The notes under the pieces: model-generated
Databases searched by the model: none
Told to the model about the DNA's origin: nothing
What the model saw: only the letters and a program-made list of their open reading frames with translations
Assembly (NCBI GenBank): GCA_040222015.1
Contig: JAVJWO010000018.1
Location: 31,048-95,047 of the forward strand
Reading direction: 5' to 3'
DNA length: 64,000 nt
Origin: Coleofasciculus chthonoplastes F2-STO-03
GTDB lineage: Bacteria; Cyanobacteriota; Cyanobacteriia; Cyanobacteriales; Coleofasciculaceae
Shown: in pieces, positions 12,863-22,978 of the stretch
Layout: every line of letters starts with the position of its first letter
Position numbering within the stretch: the stretch's first letter is position 1
Translations under genes and position numbers: made by a program

Positions 12863-13813
12863 ATGCCTAATTTAAAAGCGATTCGCGATCGCATAAAATC
12901 CGTCAAAAATACTCAGAAAATTACCGAAGCGATGCGTCTGGTGGCAGCCGCCAAGGTGCGTCGCGCCCAACAACAGGTGACATCGACTCGTCCCTTTGCT
13001 GATCGCTTGGCGCAGGTTCTCTATGGGTTGCAGAACCGTCTCCAATTTGAAGACGTCGACTTACCCTTGCTCAAACAACGGGACGTCAAGTCTGTTGGCA
13101 TACTCGTCGTATCTGGCGATCGCGGTTTGTGTGGCGGTTACAATAACAACGTGATCCGCCGTGCCGAAAACCGCGCCAAGGAACTCCACAAAGAAGGCAT
13201 CGACTACAAATATGTCTTAATCGGACGCAAAGCGATCCAGTATTTTGAGCGCCGGGAGCAGCCAATTGACGCCAAATACACAGGCTTAGAACAAATTCCC
13301 ACGGCACCTGAAGCCTCAATGATTGCCGATGAATTGCTCTCCTTGTTCCTATCGGAAGAAGTGGATCGGGTTGAACTGGTTTACACCAAGTTTGTCTCCT
13401 TAATTAGTTCTCGCCCGGTGGTACAAACATTATTACCCTTAACCGCCCAAGGATTAGAGGCACAAGATGATGAAATCTTCCGCCTCACTACTCGCGGCGG
13501 TAACTTTGAGGTACAACGGGAAAAAGTGACGACAGAAAACCGTGCTTTATCCCGTGACATGATCTTTGAACAAGATCCAGTCCAAATTCTGGATGCCTTA
13601 CTACCGTTGTATTTGAACAACCAGCTTCTGCGGGCATTACAAGAGTCAGCCGCTAGCGAATTAGCCGCCCGGATGACGTCGATGAACAACGCTAGTGATA
13701 ATGCCACTGAATTGATTGGCACCCTTAGTCTGTCTTACAACAAAGCGCGACAAGCTTCCATTACTCAAGAACTTCTGGAAGTAGTTGGCGGCGCCAGCGC
13801 TCTTGGGGGCTAG
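12863..13813 (+). CDS. atpG: F0F1 ATP synthase subunit gamma (cyanobacterial atpC)
   Basis: [37 protein letters not shown]. Confidence 0.99.
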   Translation: MPNLKAIRDRIKSVKNTQKITEAMRLVAAAKVRRAQQQVTSTRPFADRLAQVLYGLQNRLQFEDVDLPLLKQRDVKSVGILVVSGDRGLCGGYNNNVIRRAENRAKELHKEGIDYKYVLIGRKAIQYFERREQPIDAKYTGLEQIPTAPEASMIADELLSLFLSEEVDRVELVYTKFVSLISSRPVVQTLLPLTAQGLEAQDDEIFRLTTRGGNFEVQREKVTTENRALSRDMIFEQDPVQILDALLPLYLNNQLLRALQESAASELAARMTSMNNASDNATELIGTLSLSYNKARQASITQELLEVVGGASALGG

Positions 13814-13838
13814 TATTGCTTCCTGGGAATTCAATGTG

Positions 13839-13866
13839 AGCGTCTGGGTTAACTCAGGCGCTTTTT
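13839..13866 (+). terminator. Intrinsic terminator of the atp operon
   Basis: agcgtctgggtt/aactcaggcgct hairpin followed by a T run. Confidence 0.75.
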
Positions 13867-13947
13867 ATCTCTTGTGAGGGTTAGAAGCTGTTTGCTAATT
13901 TATAGACACACCCAAGAATTAACCCACCCCAAACAACCAACCAACAT

Positions 13948-13977
13948 TGTAGAGACGTAGCATGCTACGTCTCTACA
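13948..13977. repeat. REP family B, perfect 30 bp palindrome TGTAGAGACGTAGCATGCTACGTCTCTACA
   Basis: Related copies at ~14569, ~16357, ~29119 and 41993. Confidence 0.9.
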
Positions 13978-13993
13978 GTGTGACGGATCTGAA

Positions 13994-14326
13994 TTACCAA
14001 CCCGCTTCAGCTTGCTCTAACACATAAGCCGCAACGTTTTCAATTTGGTCAGCCTTTAAGCTTCCGCCAAAAGCAGGCATAGCCCCTTTTCCGTTTGTTA
14101 CCTGGTAGACAATTGCATCCATGGAGTCCATGCCATACTTCTCCAAGGCATCTTTTTTCAGGGTCTTCTGTGCCATAACAATGTTGTTGCCCCCTATATG
14201 GCAAGCATTACAGTTAGCACTAAAAATTTTGGCGCCATTTACCGTGTCAGCAGCGAGAGCCGGACGGCTGAATGCCAAACCAAACACAGCGACGGCAAGT
14301 AAAATGATGGACAGAATTTTCTTCAA
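13994..14326 (-). CDS. petJ: Cytochrome c6
   Basis: Signal peptide, CNACH haem motif, GKGAMPAFG Met ligand. Confidence 0.95.
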   Translation of the reverse strand: MKKILSIILLAVAVFGLAFSRPALAADTVNGAKIFSANCNACHIGGNNIVMAQKTLKKDALEKYGMDSMDAIVYQVTNGKGAMPAFGGSLKADQIENVAAYVLEQAEAGW

Positions 14327-14873
14327 TGTAGTTCTCCTCTTCTCAAAACAGACAGTAAGTATTATTGCTCAATTATCAATTGCAGCAATGTGGGACAGAA
14401 TTGACCTAATCCATCAATCCGATGCTATAGGCATGATGCAATAGTGTCTGCCTTTCTACAAATTTTACCAGGATACGCGCCTAATCCAGAGTTTCGTCCC
14501 AAAGTCAAATAGCCGAGACACCGGGAAGCTGGGGAAGCTGGGGGAGCTGGGGAAGCTGGGGAAGCCAATGTAGAGACGTGCCATGGCACGTCTGGGAGCC
14601 GGGGGAGAAAAAATTCAATTAGAGCTTGAACGATGAATCATCAACCCGGAAGATTGATTAAATTTTAAGGAAAGATTAAGTTTGCAAACGGTTTGTAATA
14701 AATCCCATACTATTTGATACAAAACTCAAATATTCCCAATTTTTTTTAGGATTAATATCCCCAATTGGTGAACTAAATCACACATCGATGATTGGAAAAC
14801 AAATAAAATATCCTCAAAGCGGCGGTTGATCTGTAAAGCTAAATATATTTACTTAAGTAAAGGGAAACCTAAA

Positions 14874-16334
14874 ATGACAGCCAAAAAGCTTCATCAGCAA
14901 GAGAGTTCTTATAATTATCAAACCAATGGACGGATAAATACAGGATTCAAAGACGCTGTAGGTATAGAGACTTTAGCGAATCTAGGGATTGGGCAGCAAA
15001 ACTTTGTGAATAGGAATTTGGAGCGAACACTTAAGGAATTATCCGATTTAGAATTTGCGTTAGATAGAGCCGCAATTGTGGCGCTTACCGATAAACAGGG
15101 CGTGATTCACTATGTCAATGATAAATTTTGCGAAATATCACAATATCGTCGAGAAGAGTTAATTGGCAAAACCCATCGCCTGATCAAATCGGGTCATCAT
15201 CCGCCAGCATTTTTTAAAGAATTCTGGACGACGATCGCATCGGGCAAAGTCTGGAAAGGCGAAATTAAGAATAAAGCCAAGGATGGAACCTATTATTGGG
15301 TAGATACCACAGTCGTTCCCTTTTTGAATGAGCAGGGGGAAATCTACCAATATTTAGCGATTCGCTTTGATATCACCGAGCGCAAGCAGGTAGAAGAAGC
15401 CTTGCAACGATCAGAACAGAAGGCGCGACAACAAGCACAACAACTCGAAGAGGCATTGGAGAAGCTTAAACAAACCCAAAGTCAACTGATTCAAAGCGAA
15501 AAAATGTCAAGCGTGGGTCAACTGCTGGCTGGAATTGCCCACGAAATTAATAATCCGGTCAATTTTATCTACGGCAATCTGGTTCATACTCGCGAGTATG
15601 TTAATAGTGTGTTACAAGTTTTGGCGCTTTACCAGAAACATTGTCCCGTGGAAATACCTGAGATTGAAGCCGTTATCGAGGACGAGGATATCGAGTTTAT
15701 TGTTGAAGATTTACCCAAAATGGTGTCGTCTATGCAAATCGGAGCCAACCGCATCCGAGACATTGTGCTGTCGTTGCGGAACTTCTCACGTCTGGATGAG
15801 CAACAGATGCAACCGGTTGATATTCATCAAGGGTTAGAGAGTACATTATTGATTCTGCACAATCGATTAAAAGCTAAAGCTGAACGCCCGGAAATTCAGG
15901 TGATTAAAAACTATGGGGAGTTGCCACCTGTAATATGTTATGGCAGTCAGCTTAATCAAGTGTTTATGAATCTGATTGCTAATGCAATTGACGCCTTTGA
16001 GAATCAGCCGGAACCGCGACAAATTACGATTTATACAGCCGTACAAAGCGGGGAATATTGGCAGAAGCAGGGGATACTTTCAGAGTGCGATCGCGCTTCT
16101 CAGACGCCGTGGGTGGTGATTACCATTGCCGATAATGGACCCGGAATGCCAAAAGCGACTCAGGATCACTTATTTGATCCCTTCTTTACCACCAAACCCA
16201 CGGGGAAGGGGACAGGGTTAGGGTTATCCATCGCCCATAATATCATCGTCGAAAAGCACCAGGGTCAAATCCGATGTATTTCCCAGGATGGAAAGGGAAC
16301 TCAGTTTATCGTGGCGATTCCCTTGGTGCAGTAG
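14874..16334 (+). CDS. PAS-domain sensor histidine kinase
   Basis: PAS/PAC (YVNDKFC...GTYYWVDTT), HisKA AHEINNP, HATPase DNGPG/GTGLGL; ATG 14874 preferred as start. Confidence 0.93.
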   Translation: MTAKKLHQQESSYNYQTNGRINTGFKDAVGIETLANLGIGQQNFVNRNLERTLKELSDLEFALDRAAIVALTDKQGVIHYVNDKFCEISQYRREELIGKTHRLIKSGHHPPAFFKEFWTTIASGKVWKGEIKNKAKDGTYYWVDTTVVPFLNEQGEIYQYLAIRFDITERKQVEEALQRSEQKARQQAQQLEEALEKLKQTQSQLIQSEKMSSVGQLLAGIAHEINNPVNFIYGNLVHTREYVNSVLQVLALYQKHCPVEIPEIEAVIEDEDIEFIVEDLPKMVSSMQIGANRIRDIVLSLRNFSRLDEQQMQPVDIHQGLESTLLILHNRLKAKAERPEIQVIKNYGELPPVICYGSQLNQVFMNLIANAIDAFENQPEPRQITIYTAVQSGEYWQKQGILSECDRASQTPWVVITIADNGPGMPKATQDHLFDPFFTTKPTGKGTGLGLSIAHNIIVEKHQGQIRCISQDGKGTQFIVAIPLVQ

Positions 16335-16467
16335 GGATGGAGGAGATGGGGAAGCTTGTAGAGACGTAGCATGCTACGTCTGGGAGATGGGGGAAACGAA
16401 TAACGAATGACAAATAACGAATAATAAATCTGCCAAAATAGGAACAAAGGGTTTAAATGCACAGGCG

Positions 16468-17484
16468 ATGGCGTGGACAATAGGGCAGAAACTACACAAT
16501 GGTCAATACACCATTGAGAAAACATTAGGCAAGGCGGGTTTCAGTATTACCTACCTAGCGACAGACGCACAAGGAAACGAACTGGTTATCAAAACGCTGA
16601 ATGAGGATCGACTCAAAAAGCTAACTCCTTTACGTCGGGAAAGTCTCAAATGTAAGTTTGTCAATGAGGCGCGGCGGCTAGAAGGCTGTCGGCATCCTCA
16701 TGTCGTCAAGGTGTACAAGACGTTCGTTGAAGGACAGTTTTTTTGTCTGGCGATGGAGTACATTCGGGGAAAGACTCTAGGGAACCTGTCTCAACGAGTG
16801 TTACCCGAAAAGGAAGCGTTGAGTTATATCCAGCAGATGGGGGAAGCGCTGATTGCCGCCCATCAGCAGGGATTGCTGCATCAGAATGTAAAACCTGCCA
16901 ATATTATGGTGAGGGCGGGTCAATATCAGGCGGTACTGATTGATTTTGACCTGGGCGGGAAATTTGAGTATCCCTTAACCTTGGGATGGCAAGATGAAGT
17001 CTTTGCCCCGATTGAACTCAAGTCGAAGACGCGATCGCGCGGCACCTTTACGGATGTCTATTCTCTGGCTGCAACGCTGTATGTACTCTTAACCGGGAAG
17101 CTACCCGCCACCTCTAGCGATCGCCAAAAGGGTAAGGCGGATTTAATTCCCCCAAAACAGATTAATTCTCAAATTTCTAAGCGCGTTAATAAAGCGATTT
17201 TGGCGGGAATGAAACTTGAACCCGAAGCACGTCCCAAGTCGGTGCTGGATTGGTTGAAATTGTTGGGGCTACACAAAGGTGGTGTGATTTCTGGGTTAGG
17301 CAAACAACCCCGTTGGGCGATGGTTGTTGGAATTTTAGGGGTAGCTGGCATCGTCGCTGGCGTGGTATCTGCCAGTCTTGAAAGAACAGAATTTTGGGAA
17401 AGGGTTATTCCTGAATTCTCTCCAGAAGTCAACCCCTCCGTCTCATCCCCCTTATACTTAAAATCACCAGAAACCGAAGAATAG
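16468..17484 (+). CDS. Ser/Thr kinase-fold membrane protein, probable pseudokinase
   Basis: Kinase fold with HQNVKPAN in place of HRD and DFD in place of DFG; C-terminal TM helix. Confidence 0.85.
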   Translation: MAWTIGQKLHNGQYTIEKTLGKAGFSITYLATDAQGNELVIKTLNEDRLKKLTPLRRESLKCKFVNEARRLEGCRHPHVVKVYKTFVEGQFFCLAMEYIRGKTLGNLSQRVLPEKEALSYIQQMGEALIAAHQQGLLHQNVKPANIMVRAGQYQAVLIDFDLGGKFEYPLTLGWQDEVFAPIELKSKTRSRGTFTDVYSLAATLYVLLTGKLPATSSDRQKGKADLIPPKQINSQISKRVNKAILAGMKLEPEARPKSVLDWLKLLGLHKGGVISGLGKQPRWAMVVGILGVAGIVAGVVSASLERTEFWERVIPEFSPEVNPSVSSPLYLKSPETEE

Positions 17485-17530
17485 CTCTGCGATCGCGCGA
17501 TTGCTCCGATGACCCCCGGACAAGTGACAA

Positions 17531-18199
17531 ATGACGAATAACAAAATTCTCAGTTGGCAAGACATTCGCCAACACCTAAAGCACCCCTTGATTTTAGCAA
17601 CTCCGGTAACCTTACACGTATGCCGCCATGCTCAAAGCACCGTCAATGCCCAAAAGCGAATTGCGGGTTCTCAAGACGTAGACTTAACGCCTGAAGGCGA
17701 AGCACAAGCTAGAGTATTAGGAACTCAACTTGATCCGGAGTACAGTTTAGCCTTTGCCTCTGGGTTAAAACGTGCCTATAAAACGTTAGATATTGCTATA
17801 ACTAGCGGCAATATCAGTGTGGGTAGTATCCGCAAAGATAAGCGACTGAATGAACGGAACTTAGGCGTATTAGAATGCGGTAAACTGCGATTTATTCCCG
17901 AATATGCCGCTGGTGATTTAAACTATGCCCCCGAAAATGGCGAAAGTTATGCCCAATTAGCTCAACGTATTTTCTCTTTTTTGATTGATTTGGCTCAGGT
18001 GACACAAACGAGCGACGTGAATAAAGTGCTAATTTTTAGTCACATTGGTTCAATCCGGATTCTGGTTAGTATTATTACGGAAAATACCAGTTCTGTGGAT
18101 GTATTGAGTCAGAGATTTGGGAATACGGAGTTAATAAAATTAGATTGGCATCGTTTAATTATCCCAGAATTTATAGAGAAAGGTGGAATTTTTCAATAA
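17531..18199 (+). CDS. Histidine phosphatase family protein
   Basis: RHAQS (RHG-like), SGLKRA, LNERNLG, GESY, FSHIG. Confidence 0.88.
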   Translation: MTNNKILSWQDIRQHLKHPLILATPVTLHVCRHAQSTVNAQKRIAGSQDVDLTPEGEAQARVLGTQLDPEYSLAFASGLKRAYKTLDIAITSGNISVGSIRKDKRLNERNLGVLECGKLRFIPEYAAGDLNYAPENGESYAQLAQRIFSFLIDLAQVTQTSDVNKVLIFSHIGSIRILVSIITENTSSVDVLSQRFGNTELIKLDWHRLIIPEFIEKGGIFQ

Positions 18200-18207
18200 A
18201 TGAATAA

Positions 18208-18505
18208 GTAGGGGCGGGTTTAGGGGCAAAATAGATGGGGAAACCAATAACATTCAGACAAAAACCGCCCAGCGTCACCAATAACATTCGATTAATCTGT
18301 AGGGGCGGGTTTAGGGGCAAAATTGATGGGAAAACTAATAACATTCAGACAAAACCCGCCCAGCGTCACCAATAACATTCGATTAATGGATGCGATCGCG
18401 TGAAATATTAGGCGGTATTTCGTGGTTTAGCGGTGGGGATAGGGCGGGTTTCGTTGTTTGGTTTGAGGTGTTGTCTCATGATTTAATCCCTAAACCCGCC
18501 CCTAC
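18208..18505. repeat. Left REP array (BIME/REPIN-like) flanking the RAYT
   Basis: Two tandem ~90 bp GTAG-REP units, a HIP1-containing linker and an inverted unit; direct repeat of 19101-19395. Confidence 0.92.
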
Positions 18506-18541
18506 ACGTTTTGCCAAAGGAAAACCTCGTGCAATCTGATC

Positions 18542-19093
18542 ATGAAATACAATCCAGATCAACATCATCGACGTTCAATTCGCCTGAAAGACTATGATTA
18601 TACACAGCCTGGAGCCTATTTTATTACCATTTGTACTTGGCAACGCCAAACCCTGTTAGGTGAAATCATCGATAGTCAAATGCAGTTAAGCGATTCCGGC
18701 AAATTTGTCTATTTACATTGGCAAAATTTGCTTCACCATCATCCTAATTTAAAATTAGATGAATTTATGATTATGCCCAATCATCTCCATGGCATCCTGA
18801 TATTGACAGCGGATACTACCAGTCAAAAACACCATGGCTTGCCAGAGATTATCCGGGGATTCAAAACCTTTTCAGCACGCCGCATTAATAAAAATCGTCG
18901 CCAGAGTGGTGTCCCTGTGTGGCAACGTGGCTATTATGAACATATTATCCGCAATGAACAATCATTAACCGCGATTCGTGAATACATTGTGAATAATCCC
19001 ATAGCCTGGGAAGAAGACGAATTGCACCCTAGTGGTTCTCAAGAATGGGATGGAACCATTAAAAAATTAGCTTTGCATAAGAATCGAAGATAA
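18542..19093 (+). CDS. REP-associated tyrosine (HUH/Y1) transposase, RAYT/TnpA-REP
   Basis: RRSIRLKDYDY, YFITICT, MPNHLHGIL (HUH), WQRGYYEHIIR, YIVNNP (catalytic Tyr); flanked by GTAG-REP arrays. Confidence 0.92.
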   Translation: MKYNPDQHHRRSIRLKDYDYTQPGAYFITICTWQRQTLLGEIIDSQMQLSDSGKFVYLHWQNLLHHHPNLKLDEFMIMPNHLHGILILTADTTSQKHHGLPEIIRGFKTFSARRINKNRRQSGVPVWQRGYYEHIIRNEQSLTAIREYIVNNPIAWEEDELHPSGSQEWDGTIKKLALHKNRR

Positions 19094-19100
19094 ATCCGAT

Positions 19101-19395
19101 GTAGGGGCGGGTTTAGGAACAAAATTGACTGGAAAACCAATAACATTCATACAAAACCCGCCCGTTCCCACCAATAACATTCGATTAATCTGTAGGGGCG
19201 GGTTTAGGGACAAAATTGATGGGGAAACTAATAACATTCAGACAAAACTCGCCCAGCGTTACCGAAAACATTCGATTAATGGATGCGATCGCGTGAAATA
19301 TTAGGCGGTATTTCGTGGTTTAGTGGGGATAGGGCGGGTTTCGTTGTTTAGTTTGAGGTGTTGTCTCATGATTTAATCCCTAAACCCGCCCCTAC
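19101..19395. repeat. Right REP array flanking the RAYT
   Basis: Near-identical direct repeat of 18208-18505. Confidence 0.92.
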
Positions 19396-19430
19396 AATTA
19401 CCGTTAACTAGGATTACAGCAACAACCATT

Positions 19431-20759
19431 TTAACTGTTTTCTCTCAACCAATTTTGAAACTTCTGTGTCTCTTCCAGCGCCGGATTGATGGAAAACCAA
19501 TTCCCGTTGCGATCGCGGTATTCATAGACGAACATACTACGCAGCAGAGTGGTGTATTCCACGTCTCCTTTAACTGTCTGTTGTTGCACCACCTGAAACA
19601 GCAACTCCCACTCCTCATCATCAATGGATGAGGTGAGGTAATCCCGACTTTCACGAATTACGCCTTCTAGACAATCCCGCGAAATCGGCGGGTCTATTTG
19701 TCGCAAACAGCCAAACAGGAGTCCCAGTAAGTTTCGCAGATGACCCCCGCTGATTTGACAGAGACGATCTAAGGTTTCAGTATTATCAAAGACTTCGGGA
19801 AGTAAGGCGAATCGTTGTGCTGGGGTATGGTGGGGAAATGCTCTCACTAAGACCATTTGCCGCAACAAATTCATCCCTTCTTTACATTCTGACCCATCCC
19901 GTTCGCGCACAGGAACCATGGGTAAAATAGTTGGCGGTAATCCACCCCCTAAGCGATTTTTTAGAATTTCCACATCATTGGAAAACGTTAATGATAACGG
20001 AAGGGTATAAACAACGTGACAATTCAGTTTTCGTAATTGGTCACCTCGGTCAATAAATAAGTACTCGGGTTGTAAGCGTTCCGAGGGAAGTGGACGATTA
20101 TCTACCCGATCCAAATTATCGACAATCACCACCAGCCCCGCTTTTCCCCGTCGCCGCAGTTCCGTGGTTGCCCGTCCTAATAGTTCGGTGTTAATCGATT
20201 CTAAAATACCACTGGTACGGGGTTCTAGATATTCCCGTAAGCGGCGGCGGAGTTTGGGACTTTCTTTGGTTTTGGCGGTAATTTTACCAATGCCAATCGA
20301 GAGTTCGGCTTCGGCATTTAGTTCAATCGGCGTTTGCAGGAAGTCGGCAATTTCACTAAACAAATTGGCAAAATAACCCGGATTGAGTTTAATTCTAATC
20401 GATTCTAAACTTTCACTGACTCGACCCGCTACACTCAGGAGAATATCCGTAATATCGACATCTGCCATATCTAAGTCTTGGGAGGACTCAAAGTAAACCA
20501 CATAGTATCCCTGCTTTTCTAACTCGGCTTTGAGTCGCAGCAATTCGGTGGATTTCCCACAGCCAATATGACCCGTAAACAGTTGGCAGGTGGGTTCATC
20601 GGGTGAAATTAAGGCAATGGTGCGTTGCAATGACTGAATAATTCGATTGCCTCTCACCGGGGAAAAATCAATATAATACTGCTGATCTTCAACTTCCCCC
20701 ACGGTTAAGGGCTTGCTTGGATTGCACGCTTTATAAAATCTCGGTAGATCTAGTCCCAT
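19431..20759 (-). CDS. P-loop ATPase (AAA/STAND-like, cyanobacterial family)
   Basis: Walker A GHIGCGKST, Walker B VVIVDNLD, SGGHLR motif. Confidence 0.85.
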   Translation of the reverse strand: MGLDLPRFYKACNPSKPLTVGEVEDQQYYIDFSPVRGNRIIQSLQRTIALISPDEPTCQLFTGHIGCGKSTELLRLKAELEKQGYYVVYFESSQDLDMADVDITDILLSVAGRVSESLESIRIKLNPGYFANLFSEIADFLQTPIELNAEAELSIGIGKITAKTKESPKLRRRLREYLEPRTSGILESINTELLGRATTELRRRGKAGLVVIVDNLDRVDNRPLPSERLQPEYLFIDRGDQLRKLNCHVVYTLPLSLTFSNDVEILKNRLGGGLPPTILPMVPVRERDGSECKEGMNLLRQMVLVRAFPHHTPAQRFALLPEVFDNTETLDRLCQISGGHLRNLLGLLFGCLRQIDPPISRDCLEGVIRESRDYLTSSIDDEEWELLFQVVQQQTVKGDVEYTTLLRSMFVYEYRDRNGNWFSINPALEETQKFQNWLRENS

Positions 20760-21075
20760 GAGTCATTATCGTCCTTATGCTATTGTCGTTGAAAGACATG
20801 CCATCTCGCCACGCGATCGCACTAGTCGCATTATCTTGGTTATCCTCGTCGTCACAATAACCCGCCCACCGACAGGTTTTGGGTTTTTCTTTCCTAGCAG
20901 CAAGGAAAAATGGGGGAGACTCTTGCCTATCGAGTTTAACCTGAGACGTTCTCGGGCGAGATCTGGAAAATACCAACGCTTGATTTGCTGTGCTTCCAGA
21001 ATGCGCTAAACTGTGACCTGCCTCAAGGAGTAAAATAGGGAACAGGAGGCTGACACTTAATAGTCGTTTATTCAT
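20731..21075 (-). CDS. Hypothetical protein with a possible signal peptide
   Basis: MNKRLLSVSLLFPILLL N-terminus, upstream GTAGGA; overlaps the ATPase start. Confidence 0.45.
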   Translation of the reverse strand: MNKRLLSVSLLFPILLLEAGHSLAHSGSTANQALVFSRSRPRTSQVKLDRQESPPFFLAARKEKPKTCRWAGYCDDEDNQDNATSAIAWRDGMSFNDNSIRTIMTHGTRSTEIL

Positions 21076-21358
21076 TTTTTCCTACAAATTGCTAGATCGA
21101 TGTGAGGATTGCGATCACTCTTCCATCCGTTTTCTATTCACTATTCTGGACGCCTCACCCGCAATCAGGATACTATAGGTGTCTTGTTGTCAAGAAATTA
21201 TCAGGATTGGGAACAGGTGAAGTTGGTTAAGAAATGTAACAACACTTGCGATCGCGCATACAATCCAAGACCAAATCTTGAGTAATAGACAGAGACTCAC
21301 CTCCAGTTTGGCTTTGGGTTAAACCGTCCCCTAATCATCACGAGTTAAAATAGTAATC

Positions 21359-22378
21359 ATGAAAAATTCTTTAGCAGCGGCTATGGGTACGCCACGTCGA
21401 ACGTTCCGCCAATTTACTCCCGTGCTTCTCAGTGTAGCGCTTTGTTGGACAACACTGGCTTGTCAGGATTCAACCAACTATTCTCAGTCTGTAGGACAGC
21501 AAAACACCAACACTGTATCGTCTCAGACTCGACTCACAGATGGGAAGTATCCTCTTCAGCAAGTGACCTACAATGACGCCAATGGGCAGTACACTTTATT
21601 TTTAATGAATTATACAGGCGCGGCGTACAGTACCACAAACCCGCAAATGATACCCCTGACGCCAGAGGAACTTAATAGTGGGGAACAAAGTTATCTAAAA
21701 ATGCAAAATAACCAAGCGGTTTTGCATTTGAGTCCAGAGTTTCAGATTGAATATATCCACGCGGTTACTGAACCAGCCAGTAACAATGAAATGGTAATTG
21801 TGCGTGAGGAATCAACCTACTGGCAACCCTTTGAGAGTGACGGGGAGATTGAGATTGAACTGGAGTTTCATTCCCCTCGCTATTATATTCCACCCCCCTA
21901 TCAATCGGGGGCAGTGCTGCATAGTGGTTATCATGCCTCAAGTTATGACCAAGCGGTAGCGAAATATCAAAGCAGCCACGACACACCACCGCCTGCAGTA
22001 CGGAACAATCAGTTACGTACATCGGGAGTCTTGCGGAAGTCAACCACGAGTCAAACCACAACTCCGAGAACCTCACCCGCATCCACGAATTCATCCAGTA
22101 CAACCCCATCAACGCCAACGGATAAATCAACAACGCCTAACGTTTCACCGGGAACAACGAATTCAGCTACAACCACTAAATCTGCTCCAACATCGACAGG
22201 TTCCTCAACAAGTTCCTCCCCGTCTTCATCAAGTAGCAAAACCACGGGTTCAGGTTACGGGAGTAGTAATTTAAGACAGTCTAGCCAATCGAAACCTAAA
22301 TCGAGTTCATCCAGAAATAGTTCCTCTAGTTTTGGTAGTAGTAGCAGCAGATCTTCTGGGTCTAAGAAGAAACGTTGA
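21359..22378 (+). CDS. Putative lipoprotein with Ser/Thr-rich disordered tail
   Basis: Lipobox-like TTLAC; low-complexity S/T C-terminus. Confidence 0.75.
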   Translation: MKNSLAAAMGTPRRTFRQFTPVLLSVALCWTTLACQDSTNYSQSVGQQNTNTVSSQTRLTDGKYPLQQVTYNDANGQYTLFLMNYTGAAYSTTNPQMIPLTPEELNSGEQSYLKMQNNQAVLHLSPEFQIEYIHAVTEPASNNEMVIVREESTYWQPFESDGEIEIELEFHSPRYYIPPPYQSGAVLHSGYHASSYDQAVAKYQSSHDTPPPAVRNNQLRTSGVLRKSTTSQTTTPRTSPASTNSSSTTPSTPTDKSTTPNVSPGTTNSATTTKSAPTSTGSSTSSSPSSSSSKTTGSGYGSSNLRQSSQSKPKSSSSRNSSSSFGSSSSRSSGSKKKR

Positions 22379-22516
22379 ATAATTTTATTGGAGAAGTTAC
22401 ATCTACATAAGTATAGCGGTTCTCAATTACTAATGGCACACCAAAATGTAGGGGTACTATCCTTGCGCCCTTAGGCAATTAAGGACTCATTTAATTTAAC
22501 GATCTAGGTTCCAATT

Positions 22517-22624
22517 ATGGATAATGATTTAGTTCTTTTTCTAGCAGGTGTTAGCGGTCTCATCCTCTATTTAGTCTTCTCAGCGCTAACGGAGATGGGG
22601 ACAAAGCTTCCCTGGAAAAAATAA
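22517..22624 (+). CDS. Small single-TM protein (35 aa): MDNDLVLFLAGVSGLILYLVFSALTEMGTKLPWKK
   Basis: Hand-translated, below the ORF-track cutoff; hydrophobic helix with basic C-terminus. Confidence 0.6.
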   Translation: MDNDLVLFLAGVSGLILYLVFSALTEMGTKLPWKK

Positions 22625-22731
22625 CGGGAGTCCTGGCGACTGGAAGTCGCTGCTACACAAAAAAAAGTCCGCCTGCGCGGACTGGATTATCTGGATTATA
22701 AAGTCAATATAGTTTCATCAATGGTAAGCTA

Positions 22732-22890
22732 ATACCAAGTTGCAGTCTAAGGTAGAATCTGTCATTCTGAGTAGAATGCAGTGAAACGGAATGACGCTCG
22801 TGCATCTGTCCAGATTCTCGTATCTCGTTCCTCGCTATAGCTTCGCTTCACGCTTCGCTCAGAATGACATAATAGAACGCAACTTAGTAT
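22732..22890. mobile_element. MITE-like element
   Basis: TIRs ataccaagttgc / gcaacttagtat; nested inverted pair tgtcattctgag / ctcagaatgaca. Confidence 0.7.
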
Positions 22891-22978
22891 AATACAAAGT
22901 TTCAGGACTTTATCTAGATTTTTGATCTTGTTTTTTTCTGGTTGTAAGAATCAATTTAATTATCAATACAACATTTAT

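Noticed and set aside
14327..14520. PetR copper-regulation box upstream of petJ
   Set aside because: No convincing GAC-N5-GTC-type site seen
18208..19395. Possible CRISPR array
   Set aside because: Intervening sequences are themselves repeated, units are hairpin REPs, and no cas genes are present
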